From: Octopus bimaculoides
Lineage: Eukaryota
Direction of reading: 5' to 3'
Length of the DNA stretch: 64,000 nt
Assembly (NCBI RefSeq): GCF_001194135.2
Contig: NC_069001.1
Coordinates: 28,773,873-28,837,872, forward strand
The position numbers were made by a program, and so were the translations under genes. Below the pieces are notes generated by a model. That model did not search any database and was not told the DNA's origin. It saw only the letters and a program-made list of their open reading frames with translations. Shown here in pieces: positions 52,136 through 64,000 of this stretch (position 1 is its first letter; each line of letters opens with the position of its first letter).

Positions 52136-53805
52136 TTAAAAAGAGACGTCCAAATCATCAAGTTAAACCTGAGGTCCTTGTATACATATATACATATATA
52201 TGTATATATGTATTTGTATATATGCATGTGTATATGTGTACGTATATATGTATATATATATATATTTATACATGCATATGTATATTTATATGTATGTATA
52301 TATCTATCTATCTATCTATATATATATATATATATATNNNNNNNNNNNNNNNNNNNNNNNNNNNNNNNNNNNNNNNNNNNNNNNNNNNNNNNNNNNNNNN
52401 NNNNNNNNNNNNNNNNNNNNNNNNNNNNNNNNNNNNNNNNNNNNNNNNNNNNNNNNNNNNNNNNNNNNNNNNNNNNNNNNNNNNNNNNNNNNNNNNNNNN
52501 NNNNNNNNNNNNNNNNNNNNNNNNNNNNNNNNNNNNNNNNNNNNNNNNNNNNNNNNNNNNNNNNNNNNNNNNNNNNNNNNNNNNNNNNNNNNNNNNNNNN
52601 NNNNNNNNNNNNNNNNNNNNNNNNNNNNNNNNNNNNNNNNNNNNNNNNNNNNNNNNNNNNNNNNNNNNNNNNNNNNNNNNNNNNNNNNNNNNNNNNNNNN
52701 NNNNNNNNNNNNNNNNNNNNNNNNNNNNNNNNNNNNNNNNNNNNNNNNNNNNNNNNNNNNNNNNNNNNNNNNNNNNNNNNNNNNNNNNNNNNNNNNNNNN
52801 NNNNNNNNNNNNNNNNNNNNNNNNNNNNNNNNNNNNNNNNNNNNNNNNNNNNNNNNNNNNNNNNNNNNNNNNNNNNNNNNNNNNNNNNNNNNNNNNNNNN
52901 NNNNNNNNNNNNNNNNNNNNNNNNNNNNNNNNNNNNNNNNNNNNNNNNNNNNNNNNNNNNNNNNNNNNNNNNNNNNNNNNNNNNNNNNNNNNNNNNNNNN
53001 NNNNNNNNNNNNNNNNNNNNNNNNNNNNNNNNNNNNNNNNNNNNNNNNNNNNNNNNNNNNNNNNNNNNNNNNNNNNNNNNNNNNNNNNNNNNNNNNNNNN
53101 NNNNNNNNNATATATATATTCAAGTCTTCGAGCATCCTATTGTTGTTTGAGACAGTCAAGACAAAGTATATACGATCAAAGTGGTCCGCTGTCTTGCTGA
53201 TATGAATATTTCTTTATAAATGAAAGAGAAAGAGGACTACTATAAACAGCAACTTCTATATCCAGATTATAAATTCACATATATAGTGATAATAAATGAC
53301 GCACGTCATTTGTGAATATATTTAAGTGACAATCTTGATAAGATGAAAAAAAAAAAGGATGGGAAAAAACCTAATTAAATCAGGCAATTAACTTGCACAT
53401 TACAAATACAATCTGTTAGTGGAACAATACAAACAGGCATAACATCTCTCAAGTTTAAAATCTGACATAGTTTTTGTCATCTACCTGCCAACGATGTCGA
53501 TTTCTATCTTAATTAGTAACCAATTCCTTCCTAACGGGAACAAATTTAGGTAATAAAAAGCAAAGGAGAATATGCATGTATGTGTATATGTCGTTTCTAT
53601 TATTGCCAAAGTGTCGTAAGTTCAAAACGTTGCTTTTTCAGAAAACAATAAAATAATTTCTCTATTCCATAGCAAAATTGTTGTAGTAACTTTGACAAAG
53701 ATATCGATACGATAGTTTGACTAAAAGAACCGGCTAATGTAAGTAAAAATAAATAGTGAAAATAAAAAGCATTTGTCCAAATAATAGCGATGATATATGT
53801 GTATG

Positions 53806-53850
<45 letters not shown>

Positions 53851-53947
53851 TATATGTAGATGCACGTACATAAATGCATATACACAAATTGTATACACGC
53901 ATGGGGGCGTTTTGTGTTATAGGAATATACGTGTGTGATTGTCTATA

Positions 53948-53989
<42 letters not shown>

Positions 53990-54573
53990 TACACACACAT
54001 ACAGGATGCCGTATAGGACTTTTCGACCGTTTCAGAGTATGTTACATATATTTTCATGCACACAAAGGAATAGATACAAATAGTTGTATGCATGTGGGCG
54101 AGGGAGGAGAATATTCCTGGCTTGAAGTGTTCCGGGAAAGGCCTGGTTAGTAGCTCATCCTCCGTAGTTCTTTTACGGGGCTTGCATAAAATGTGTGAAT
54201 CTGAAAGGAACTTTTCAGCATCCCCTCACAGATATGCATAAATAGATAGAGAGACCGATAGGCAGACAGAGGAGAGATATAAGTATAAATATATGAATGA
54301 TTTATCTGAAAATTTATCATTCATCTAATTTCAGTTTTGACTATCTACTTAAAATATCTCATCATAATTTGTGGAAAAGTGAATCTGATAATATCTGAAT
54401 AGTAATTTATACAACGCGCTACTGAGTGTGGCCTTGACAATGAAAGCCAGAAATGTAGAGCATAATCTTATCTCGTTTGAATTTGAAATGACTATTTCTG
54501 TTGAAAAGTTTTCATTATCATACATACATCTACTGCTTACACCAGGGATAGCATTGATCACGAGACATGTTTG

Positions 54574-54624
<51 letters not shown>

Positions 54625-54730
54625 CTGTTCCGTGATATACATATATATAGGATAGTGGCACAACAATGCATCAATCTTTACTGAAAATAGCAGTCGATAA
54701 TATATACGACGCTATAGTAAAGCTTCACTG

Positions 54731-54770
<40 letters not shown>

Positions 54771-54894
54771 TACTGGCGTAAATGCTCGCGGGCAAACATA
54801 AAACAATTCATATACCTGTAGGGAGAACATTAAATAAATGTACAACCTAGACATGGATAATCGAGGACCGAGATTTCGAATTTTCAAAATTCCT

Positions 54895-55175
54895 GGCCGT
54901 TAACATACCTTGGGTAAGTGTCTTCTGCTATAGTCTCGGGCCGACCAAAGCCTTGTAAGTGGATTTGGTAGACGGAAACTGAAAGAAGCCTTTCGTATAT
55001 GTATGTGTGTGTGTGTGTGTGTGTATTATGTATGTGTGTATATGTTTGTACGTCTGTGTTTGTTCCCCAACTATCGCTTGACAACAGATGTTGGTGTGGT
55101 TACATCCGCCAAAAGTGAGCGATAGAATATGTACAATGCTTGCGAAGAATAATTTCTGGGGTCTGTTCCGTGAAA
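54895..55175 (+). mobile_element. SINE family A, 5'-truncated
   Basis: ccttgggtaagtgtcttctgctatagtctcgggccgaccaaagcc... Confidence 0.88.
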
Positions 55176-55384
55176 GAAAACTCAACAAGAATTGTACTCC
55201 ATCTAGTGAGAGATAAATATCATTTATTTAAAGGACACAATACTTTTCTTTAAGTGCTACTAATTGTTTGATCTGTTGAGAAATATCTCGAACATCAGGC
55301 ACAAACCACGAATAACGAACTGAAAACAAATGCATAAGAGAAGAAACGCGAAAAATCTAAGGCAGTATAGAGACAACTTATATA

Positions 55385-55625
55385 GGAAACGCGTGGCTTA
55401 GTGTTTATGGTGTTGGACTTATGATCGTAAAATTGCGGTTTCGATATCTGAGCCAGGCTATGCATTGTGTTCTTGAGGAAAACACTTTATTTTATATTGC
55501 TACATTTGCCCAGCTGGCAAAAATTAGTAAACCTGTGATGGACCGGCGTCCCGTCCAGGTGGAGAAAATATACGGCATGGAAACCGCCAAACCAACCCTA
55601 TGAGTTTGTATGATTTGGGAAGGAA
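55385..55625 (+). mobile_element. SINE with family C head and core and the alternative tail
   Basis: gcgtggcttagtg...gcattgtgttcttgaggaaaacactttatttt...cagctggcaaaaattag...tgatggaccggcgtcccgtccagg. Confidence 0.75.
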
Positions 55626-56879
55626 CCTATAAACATACACACACACACACGCGCGTACACACATTCACAAATATCTCCATATATTTACACGCACACGTGT
55701 TATGACATTCGGATCTTTTGAAATATAATGTGTGCGGGGAAAAGTCTGTATACGTCACGCTCTCTGTTGAAGTAAAACAATGTCTGACGAAGTTACATGC
55801 ATACACACACATACATACACACACACACAAGCACACACATATATATATATGAAAGCCTATTACAATTAATATAGTTTTTGAAATATGTAGATGATTGTTT
55901 TTTTCTCTTTTTTTTTAATGTCATGCAATCTAATCTGAAGATGTTACTAACCTTTTTTTTTGCCGTTTGTGACTGCTTTCGTTTAACCTTTCCAAACAAG
56001 CATCCACGTATGTATCAGTATATATGTGGACGTTTGTGTTTCTGTGTGTCTGTAGTTTAATAGATACATAGACAGTTATATAGATTGTTCTACGCATGAT
56101 GAGAGAGGAAGAAATGGCAAGATGACATATGACATAGAGTGACCAAAGAAGTGCAGAGTGTGGCATGATGCTGAAAATGCCAGCAGCTATAAATGCAAGA
56201 AAGTTTAGCTTTTGTTGTGCTATCTGATTTTTTTTCTTTTTTCCTTTTTTGCTTACTTTTAATCATTCTGATGTTAATGTCATGGACGGCAGATTTATAT
56301 CATGAAAGAAATATTTATTTGAAAGTTTATTAGTTGCACTTTTATCCTCCACTATGATATAGAACATCAATGCCTCTGCATGTTCTCACGAAATCACGTG
56401 CACATAAATAAATACACACGGAAATATACTCGCTTATGCACACACGTTCACACATACACGAATATGCAGTATCTCTACTACTGGTGAGTTTAGATCTCAA
56501 ATTAGTGAATCATCAGTCAGAATATTTCCTGTAAAGTGTTGTAGTTACTATTGCACATAAAAATAGCAATAACGACAAATGATATCATTTTTTTTCCTCA
56601 CCGTACGTTTCACCGTTTTGATGAGTTGCACCTCTACATGGGATGTTCCTAATGAAATTGAATCCTGAACTTCAATAGTTCATCGGAGGAAAACATAAAT
56701 GTATGGTGTTAGACAGATAAAATATTTTTCATTTAAATGCATTTGATCTGTGAACATCCACTTCAGAGCATGCAAAGTATCCAGAATGCCAGAATGGGCA
56801 AACCTACATTGGAAACAAATAATATAGATTTTCATTCCTCATAATTTCTCATGTGTGTGACCGCGTGTGCATCGTTGGC

Positions 56880-57060
56880 GATTTTTCTTTCTCTGCCTTC
56901 CCTTCTTTAGACTTTTCCTATATTTCTGATGAAGAGCTCCGTTCGAAACATGAAATCCCCTTTCTTTTCTGTCCTTTCCTGAGCGTCCAATAACACTGTA
57001 CGTATTCCACGTCCTCGCGTTGTTGTTTTTTGGTGCTTTTTCTTGCTTGTTCATGTTTGG
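56880..57060 (+). mobile_element. Penelope-type terminal-repeat fragment with a minimal hammerhead motif at 56922-56956
   Basis: ATTT-CTGATGA-A-GAGC-TCC-GTTC-GAAA-CA-TG-AAAT; inverted relative of 38150-38335. Confidence 0.6.
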
Positions 57061-57261
57061 ATTGACTATATAATATATATGTACGTATATACATATGAGT
57101 AAATATAATGACAAGCAAGTTAAGTCGATTTACACAGAATATTAAATATATTTAATAGAAAAAACTGTACATACGCATGAATATTAATATTGCGACTTAC
57201 AGAATATAAAAGATATCAGGAATTAAATAGGTAGATTTTTGCGAGTCCATCAGCTGTTTCT

Positions 57262-57615
57262 GGGAGCTTCGTGGTCCGGAGTAATGATGGTTACGTGGGT
57301 CCAATATCGGATAGCACCTTGTCTTCTACTATAGCATCGGGCCGACCAAAGCCTTGTGAGTGGATTTGGGAGGCAGGAGCTGAAAGACGCCCATCGTATA
57401 TATATATGTGTGTGGGGGGGGGGTGTCTCCATTTGTCCCCTCCCCACATCGCTTGGCAACTGATTTTCGTGCGTTTACATCCCTTTACGTAGTGGTTCGG
57501 GAAAATAGGACGATAGAATAAGTTCTCGGCTTACAAAGAATAAGTCCTGCGGTCGATTCCCTCGTCTAAAGGCGGTGCTCCAGCTTCGCCGCAATCAAAT
57601 GAAAAGAATAAATAA
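57262..57615 (+). mobile_element. SINE family A, diverged
   Basis: cttctactatagcatcgggccgaccaaagccttgtgagtggatttgg ... aaggcggtgctccagc. Confidence 0.85.
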
Positions 57616-58286
57616 ATATATATACATATATATTATTTATATAAAAGAATAAATATATATATATATATATAGGAGGTGGTATATATTCTCGTGCGTGTGG
57701 ATATCTCTGCGCTTGTATGTGTGTGTTAGTTTGACAGTATGTGTGTGAGTTTATATCTGTGTATATTCTTTTACGCTTCGCTTCCAGACATACGTATAAA
57801 ATTCGCTATATTGGCGCTATATTAATGAATTTATTTACAACGACTTCGGTATATCTCAAATATATGATCAGCAATGCTTATACGTGACATTCTAGTGAAC
57901 AGAGATGCGTGGTTAAGTCTAGGGTAAGTAATGGAAACTAATATGATCGAGTGTGGGCCGTATTCCATTTCTTTAGAAAATTTGAGTTATGTATATATAG
58001 GTGTTAGGGAGGAAACCTTGCGCATGTTTACATAAATCAAGACAGGAGTATGGCCACTAGATATTTGAGTGACTTATGTACGTTGCAGACATCAAGTAAA
58101 TTTTCGAAAGAACGTAGAATATGTCATTTTTGGAACAGTGGATCATGAAACGCATTAGGCTTTAAATTACAGCATGGACATATTGGACAGAAAAAGCTTT
58201 TTAAACAGAAAATAAGTCGAAGACTGTTTGTGATACGAACTCGCATACACTGAGAACGTAGTACAAATAATATTTAAAGGTATATG

Positions 58287-58502
58287 AAGGTGGTGAACTG
58301 GCAGAACCGTTTGCATGCCGGGTAAAATACTCAGCGGCATCCTGTCCGTATTTACGTTCTGAGCACAAATTCTGTCGATATCGATTTTGTCTTTCATCCT
58401 TCAAGGGTCGATAAAATAAGTACCAGTTTGAACACTGAAGTCAATACAACCTACTTACCATCTCGCTCAAATTGCTGGCTTTGTACCAAAGTTTAAAACC
58501 AA
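58287..58502 (+). mobile_element. SINE family B (B2)
   Basis: aaggtggtgaactggcagaaccgtt ... ctttcatccttcaagggtcgataaaataagtaccag. Confidence 0.85.
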
Positions 58503-58873
58503 TATTCAAACGTATTCCACTATCTCTGTCGACTACTCAAAACTAAATTTGATCAATTAATGTAGCTCACAACCTCACAAATTCTCATTTCGAAACTTAA
58601 TAGGCCTTTTAGATATTTAATCTGCTGTAAACACAACCCGCCAAATTATCTACAAAAACCCCGCTTTCTTTCTGAAACATACTTGGAACTTAAATATTGA
58701 CTATTGTGATATAAATCCAGTTTATAAAGGAATATTCAATTGTTATCCTTATGATTTAAGACAATTATCTCTTCTTCGTAACAATGTTACTTAAGGTCAT
58801 ACAGAAACATTCTAGTTTACATTTTGAATAATCATACGGCATGCTCACTGCAAACGTAACAGTGTGTGTACAT

Positions 58874-58918
<45 letters not shown>

Positions 58919-59353
58919 TATATATATATACACATCACATGCATATATGTACACACATATATATATATAGATACACACACACACACGCACATTATATATA
59001 TATATATATATATATATAGGTGTATATGTATGTGTTTATATTTATAAATGTGTATGCGCGTGTGTGTGACTGATATGTATAAATTATATATGATACGTAA
59101 TCGTGTGCGTGTGCCAGTGCACCGAGAATAAATGCGCGGACTTAAAACACGTTATCCAAGAATTTAGTTAGTATGTGTATGGCTTCTGCTGGACATACAT
59201 AATTCATAGCAAATAAATAAAATATGCCAAAAGTTGTCGGAGAATTTGACACGCACCAATTTCTCCATTGAAGTTTGGGAAATTCTAGAACTCCGCTACA
59301 CGCGATGTTACAGAATTGCAAACTGAAGCTGCCCATATATATACATACTTAAT

Positions 59354-59389
<36 letters not shown>

Positions 59390-59551
59390 GATTCCGCATA
59401 CAGATGCGCACACATGCACACGCACACGCACACTTGCACGCGTACACAAATGCACATACACCTGCATAAACTCACGCGCGCATGCAGACATACAAAAACA
59501 TACAAAAACACGCAAACACAGAAATTGAGAAAGGAAATGAGATATAGATAG

Positions 59552-59594
<43 letters not shown>

Positions 59595-59595
<1 letters not shown>

Positions 59596-59765
59596 ATGGC
59601 CGAATTGTTAGTATGTTGGACAAAATATTTAGCGACATTTATTCCCGACACTTTAGATTCGGAGTTCAAATACCCGCGAGGTCTCATCTATGCATTTATT
59701 CACCTCAACTGAGTCGATGAAATAAAGTACCAGTCACATATTGGGATCGATGTAATCGACTTGCT
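59595..59765 (+). mobile_element. SINE family B, diverged
   Basis: ggagttcaaatacccgc...gtcgatgaaataaagtaccag...gggatcgatgtaatcgact. Confidence 0.7.
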
Positions 59766-60443
59766 AGAATCGATCCCGGCAACAGACCTGTGTCCCGTTC
59801 AGAGGAATGTTCTCATTTCGNNNNNNNNNNNNNNNNNNNNNNNNNNNNNNNNNNNNNNNNNNNNNNNNNNNNNNNNNNNNNNNNNNNNNNNNNNNNNNNN
59901 NNNNNNNNNNNNNNNNNNNNNNNNNNNNNNNNNNNNNNNNNNNNNNNNNNNNNNNNNNNNNNNNNNNNNNNNNNNNNNNNNNNNNNNNNNNNNNNNNNNN
60001 NNNNNNNNNNNNNNNNNNNNNNNNNNNNNNNNNNNNNNNNNNNNNNNNNNNNNNNNNNNNNNNNNNNNNNNNNNNNNNNNNNNNNNNNNNNNNNNNNNNN
60101 NNNNNNNNNNNNNNNNNNNNNNNNNNNNNNNNNNNNNNNNNNNNNNNNNNNNNNNNNNNNNNNNNNNNNNNNNNNNNNNNNNNNNNNNNNNNNNNNNNNN
60201 NNNNNNNNNNNNNNNNNNNNNNNNNNNNNNNNNNNNNNNNNNNNNNNNNNNNNNNNNNNNNNNNNNNNNNNNNNNNNNNNNNNNNNNNNNNNNNNNNNNN
60301 NNNNNNNNNNNNNNNNNNNNNNNNNNNNNNNNNNNNNNNNNNNNNNNNNNNNNNNNNNNNNNNNNNNNNNNNNNNNNNNNNNNNNNNNNNNNNNNNNNNN
60401 NNNNNNNNNNNNNNNNNNNNNNNNNNNNNNNNNNNNNNNNNNN

Positions 60444-60491
<48 letters not shown>

Positions 60492-62398
60492 GAAAATAGG
60501 TAATATACTAGAAGCTGTTGATAAGTTATTGGCTTCAAGGTTATCGTGAAAGACCTGGCTCGAGGCCCAACCTTCTGACTTCTTTTACACGGTTTAGAAA
60601 AACTGAAAGTCTGCTACAATAAGTGTGTGTGTATCTGAGAAGGCAACATGTTGAATAAAATTATAATCATCTGAGCCTCCTGTTGTTTATTTTACCCCAA
60701 ATAGGAAATTATTAGCACTATCGTAGATATATAAATGGGCACATGCGCACACACATACACACACTAACACAAACAATCATAACTGAACTAAGTAAAGACA
60801 TGTAGCTATGTAACTAAACACTTCAAATCATTTCTGCATCTGGTACTTAGGTGTCCTTTTCCCGGACACATATTTCGAATCATAACCACAATTGTGCATC
60901 GCATAAACAGACACATTGTACTACTAGAGAAGACAGTATGATACTGCATTGGAGGAGAAGGCTGCTGATATGTAACGCAATACATCAAAAATATCACGTT
61001 CAAATGCTTCATATAATTGTTTCCTATGAGAGAAACTACAGCAGCGTTAATTATAACATTGATCCAATTCGTGATATAAAACATAATTAGTACTTGAGAT
61101 ATTTCAATACTGTGTCATCGATGCTAACTTGATAGCTAATTATTTAAGCAAAATGAATTCCAGTGATGTATTTTATTCCCAAACAAATAAATGTACGATT
61201 AGAATTTTGCAGAAATTCTGAGTTTGTGAAGATGTGTAATTCATGAAATGAAAATTGTGTGTGTGTGTGTGTGTGCATATTTATAAATACATAAGGAGTA
61301 AGGATGAACGAATGGACAGAGAGAGGGACAGAGAGAGAGAGAGAGAGGAAAGTAGGCAAATGCTCGTGTAAGCGTGCATATCTATACATACGTACAAATA
61401 ATGTGTGTGCGTGTGTGTATTCGATGGGCTTTTTCTTAGCTTCCTTCTACTAAATTTTTTGTCTTTTGTCGACGCGAGCCTAGAGTAGAATTCACCTGCC
61501 CAATACACCACGCACTGTAGCTAAATCCGGAGCTGTATGATCGGGAAGGACACTCTTTCCATACAGCAACGCCTGTTTCTATATATTCAGGCACATATAC
61601 ACGTGTGCGCACAATACTTGCGTATATGGAGAGAGGAAGAGTGGGGGAATAGTGAGTGAGTGAGCCTGAAAGAATGGGTGAGAGGAAAGGTGGAAGAGAT
61701 GACTACAGAGTGGTAGATTTATAGCTAATATTTATGTGTGTGTGTGCGTTTGTTGATGTGAACGCAATGGAAGGATGTTATAATTAACGACACTTTTAAA
61801 GAAATGGTAACTGAAATCCAACGTAAATATTTGTGTAGGAAGGTTATAAAGTTGTCAATTGCCAGCTTAGCTATGGCATAAATATATGAAGCAGCAGTTT
61901 TTCAACATTCCAATTATTTTTGCCTTGTTGTATTACATTTCTTTTCTTAAAATATTGCTACTATACTAATTATATGTTACCCAAATAATGTCTGGAATAT
62001 AAATGTAGAATCATACTATTTTGTTCGAAATTTTTGTTTCGGTCATTTTTAAACATTATAGATTCATCTTTGGATTTCTTGGCTTCTTTGATATTCGATC
62101 GAAGATTTTCTTACTGGCTATGTTGAGCATATGCACAGATTGCTTACATATTTCTCTGGGGTTAGTCAGGTAAAATATATATATGACTAATAAGACTCCA
62201 ATAAGAGCCGAAATTCAGTTAAAGCTGTTCATAATTTTTTTTCAGGCTATGGAGAAATGTTTAACTTTAACATGCATTTTGTCTTTCTACTACGTAAGTG
62301 TATGAATGCGTGTGTTATTGTGAGGATGTGAGTGTGTATATGTGCCTGTGTGTTCGTATATAAATGTGTTTGTGAATATATTCAAAATATATAGATAA

Positions 62399-62462
<64 letters not shown>

Positions 62463-62819
62463 NNNNNNNNNNNNNNNNNNNNNNNNNNNNNNNNNNNNNN
62501 NNNNNNNNNNNNNNNNNNNNNNNNNNNNNNNNNNNNNNNNNNNNNNNNNNNNNNNNNNNNNNNNNNNNNNNNNNNNNNNNNNNNNNNNNNNNNNNNNNNN
62601 NNNNNNNNNNNNNNNNNNNNNNNNNNNNNNNNNNNNNNNNNNNNNNNNNNNNNNNNNNNNNNNNNNNNNNNNNNNNNNNNNNNNNNNNNNNNNNNNNNNN
62701 NNNNNNNNNNNNNNNNNNNNNNNNNNNNNNNNNNNNNNNNNNNNNNNNNNNNNNNNNNNNNNNNNNNNNNNNNNNNNNNNNNNNTATATATACATGTATG
62801 CGTGTATATTGTTTTGCGT

Positions 62820-63015
62820 CTGCCTTCCCACACACACACACACCATCGTTTGACAACCGATGCTGGCGTGTTTACGTCCCCGTAACATAGCGGTTCGGCA
62901 AAAGAAACCGAAAGAATAAGTACTAGGCTTCCAAAGAATAATTCCTGGTGTCGATTTATTCGACTGAAGACGGTGCACCAGCATGGGCGCATTCAAATGA
63001 TCTAAACAGCTAAAA
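62820..63015 (+). mobile_element. SINE family A tail (5' part lost in gap)
   Basis: tgacaaccgatgctggcgtgtttacgtccccgtaac.tagcggttcggcaaaag. Confidence 0.88.
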
Positions 63016-63706
63016 GAATATATATAAACACGCACACACATATATGATACCTACCTATATACACACACATAAGTATTACACGCGCACACACTCAAACATA
63101 CGTTATGTACCTTAATCCGCACCACTGGCTTTCTGAGTTATTTCTGTTACCGTATTTTCTTTAATAGTATGCGAAATTCTCTCTCGCATTTTAAAACATA
63201 CACACCGTTTTGTTTTGTTTTGTTTTTTTAGTCACTCTAAACAAAGGACATTCCTATCTAATGAAATATTTCTCTTGCGTAGAGTAACAATAAAACTATC
63301 TGGCGGCAAACGTCAAGAATTCGAAGAAAGGATGTGAGCGTCAAAGTTTAAAGAGTAACTTAAAATTTACCAACCTTTCCTTCGTGCGTTGTTAAACGTG
63401 GCTTTTAGCAATTTGTTTACTTTCTTCAACTAAAATTTTCCTTGTGTTATTCACAGCAGTAACACATTGACTTACCTTAAAGTATGTCACTCCCTGTTAT
63501 AATTACTTTTGCATTAATTTCCCTTACACTATTACAGTGACTACTAGACGAAAATAAAATATTTCTATTCTTATACCTTCCAGTACAAGTAACATTTTAT
63601 ATTCCTAGTCAAATTCTAAATATAGATTTCATAATAACGGCTTACAAATTATGTCTTAACCCTAACACATATACATAATTTGACGTCAGGTGAATTTAGT
63701 TATATC

Positions 63707-63880
63707 ATTACCTCCGCTAAGGAACGAGATTATGTTTTCATCAGCGTTTGTTTGTCCGTCTGTCTGTCTTTGTGCAAAATAACTCATTCAGTTATGAACG
63801 ATATTTGATGAAATTTCAAGGAAAAGTTGGTAAGGATACAAGGAATAGGTGATGAAATTTTGGTAGTGATTCGGGAATTG
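63707..63880 (+). mobile_element. 5' part of a probable Helentron-associated non-autonomous element (DINE-1/HINE-like)
   Basis: attacctccgctaagga..gattatgttttc followed by a (GTCT/GTCC)n tract and ataactca...gatgaaattt...aaattttggtagtgat; this layout is typical of such elements. Confidence 0.5.
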
Positions 63881-64000
63881 CAATTGATTCTAGAAATATT
63901 TTTCATTTGTTATATTTACTCTACATAAAGTATTAGTGCTACGTTCTTTGATTATCTCCCTTGAAAACACATTCATCGTTTCAACGTAACCAATGGTGGC

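Larger units (their letters stand above)
1..64000. other. Dense (TA)n, (CA/TG)n and (GA/TC)n microsatellites; almost every N gap has one on at least one side
   Basis: Direct inspection; source of the YIYI, VCVC, HTHT and poly-X ORFs. Confidence 0.97.

Noticed and set aside
54690-54730. IYDAIV, superficially like the expected xYDAV motif of the next exon
   Set aside because: No acceptor in the right frame, and it runs directly into a (TA)n tract.
1936-63041. Most ORF-track entries (YIYI, VCVC, HTHT, poly-X, poly-L)
   Set aside because: They are translations of microsatellites, N gaps or SINE copies, with no domain signal or splice context.

Overview
Eukaryotic, AT-rich, microsatellite-dense draft-assembly DNA with many N gaps. 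The SINE and repeat content points to a coleoid cephalopod, most likely Octopus (inference). The window lies inside one large + strand gene. Three spliced exons (18958-19133, 24426-24479, 41680-41847) join in frame into 133 aa of the amino-terminal (LIVBP-like) domain of a kainate-type ionotropic glutamate receptor. The ORF track caught only the third exon, and no other exon of the gene was found. The rest is intron: several tRNA-derived SINE families (called A, B and C here), a Tigger/pogo-like MITE, decayed Penelope, CR1/L2 and Helitron fragments, long fold-back elements and simple repeats. Nearly all ORF-track entries are microsatellite or gap artefacts. The most unusual signal is a set of hammerhead-ribozyme (HHR) motifs in the introns. 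One has a complete catalytic core with a GUC site on the sense strand (37689-37776). It sits inside a ~330-bp palindrome whose other arm carries a mutated antisense twin, so the ribozyme may be caged in dsRNA. Everything here was read by eye; no alignment, folding or database search was run.
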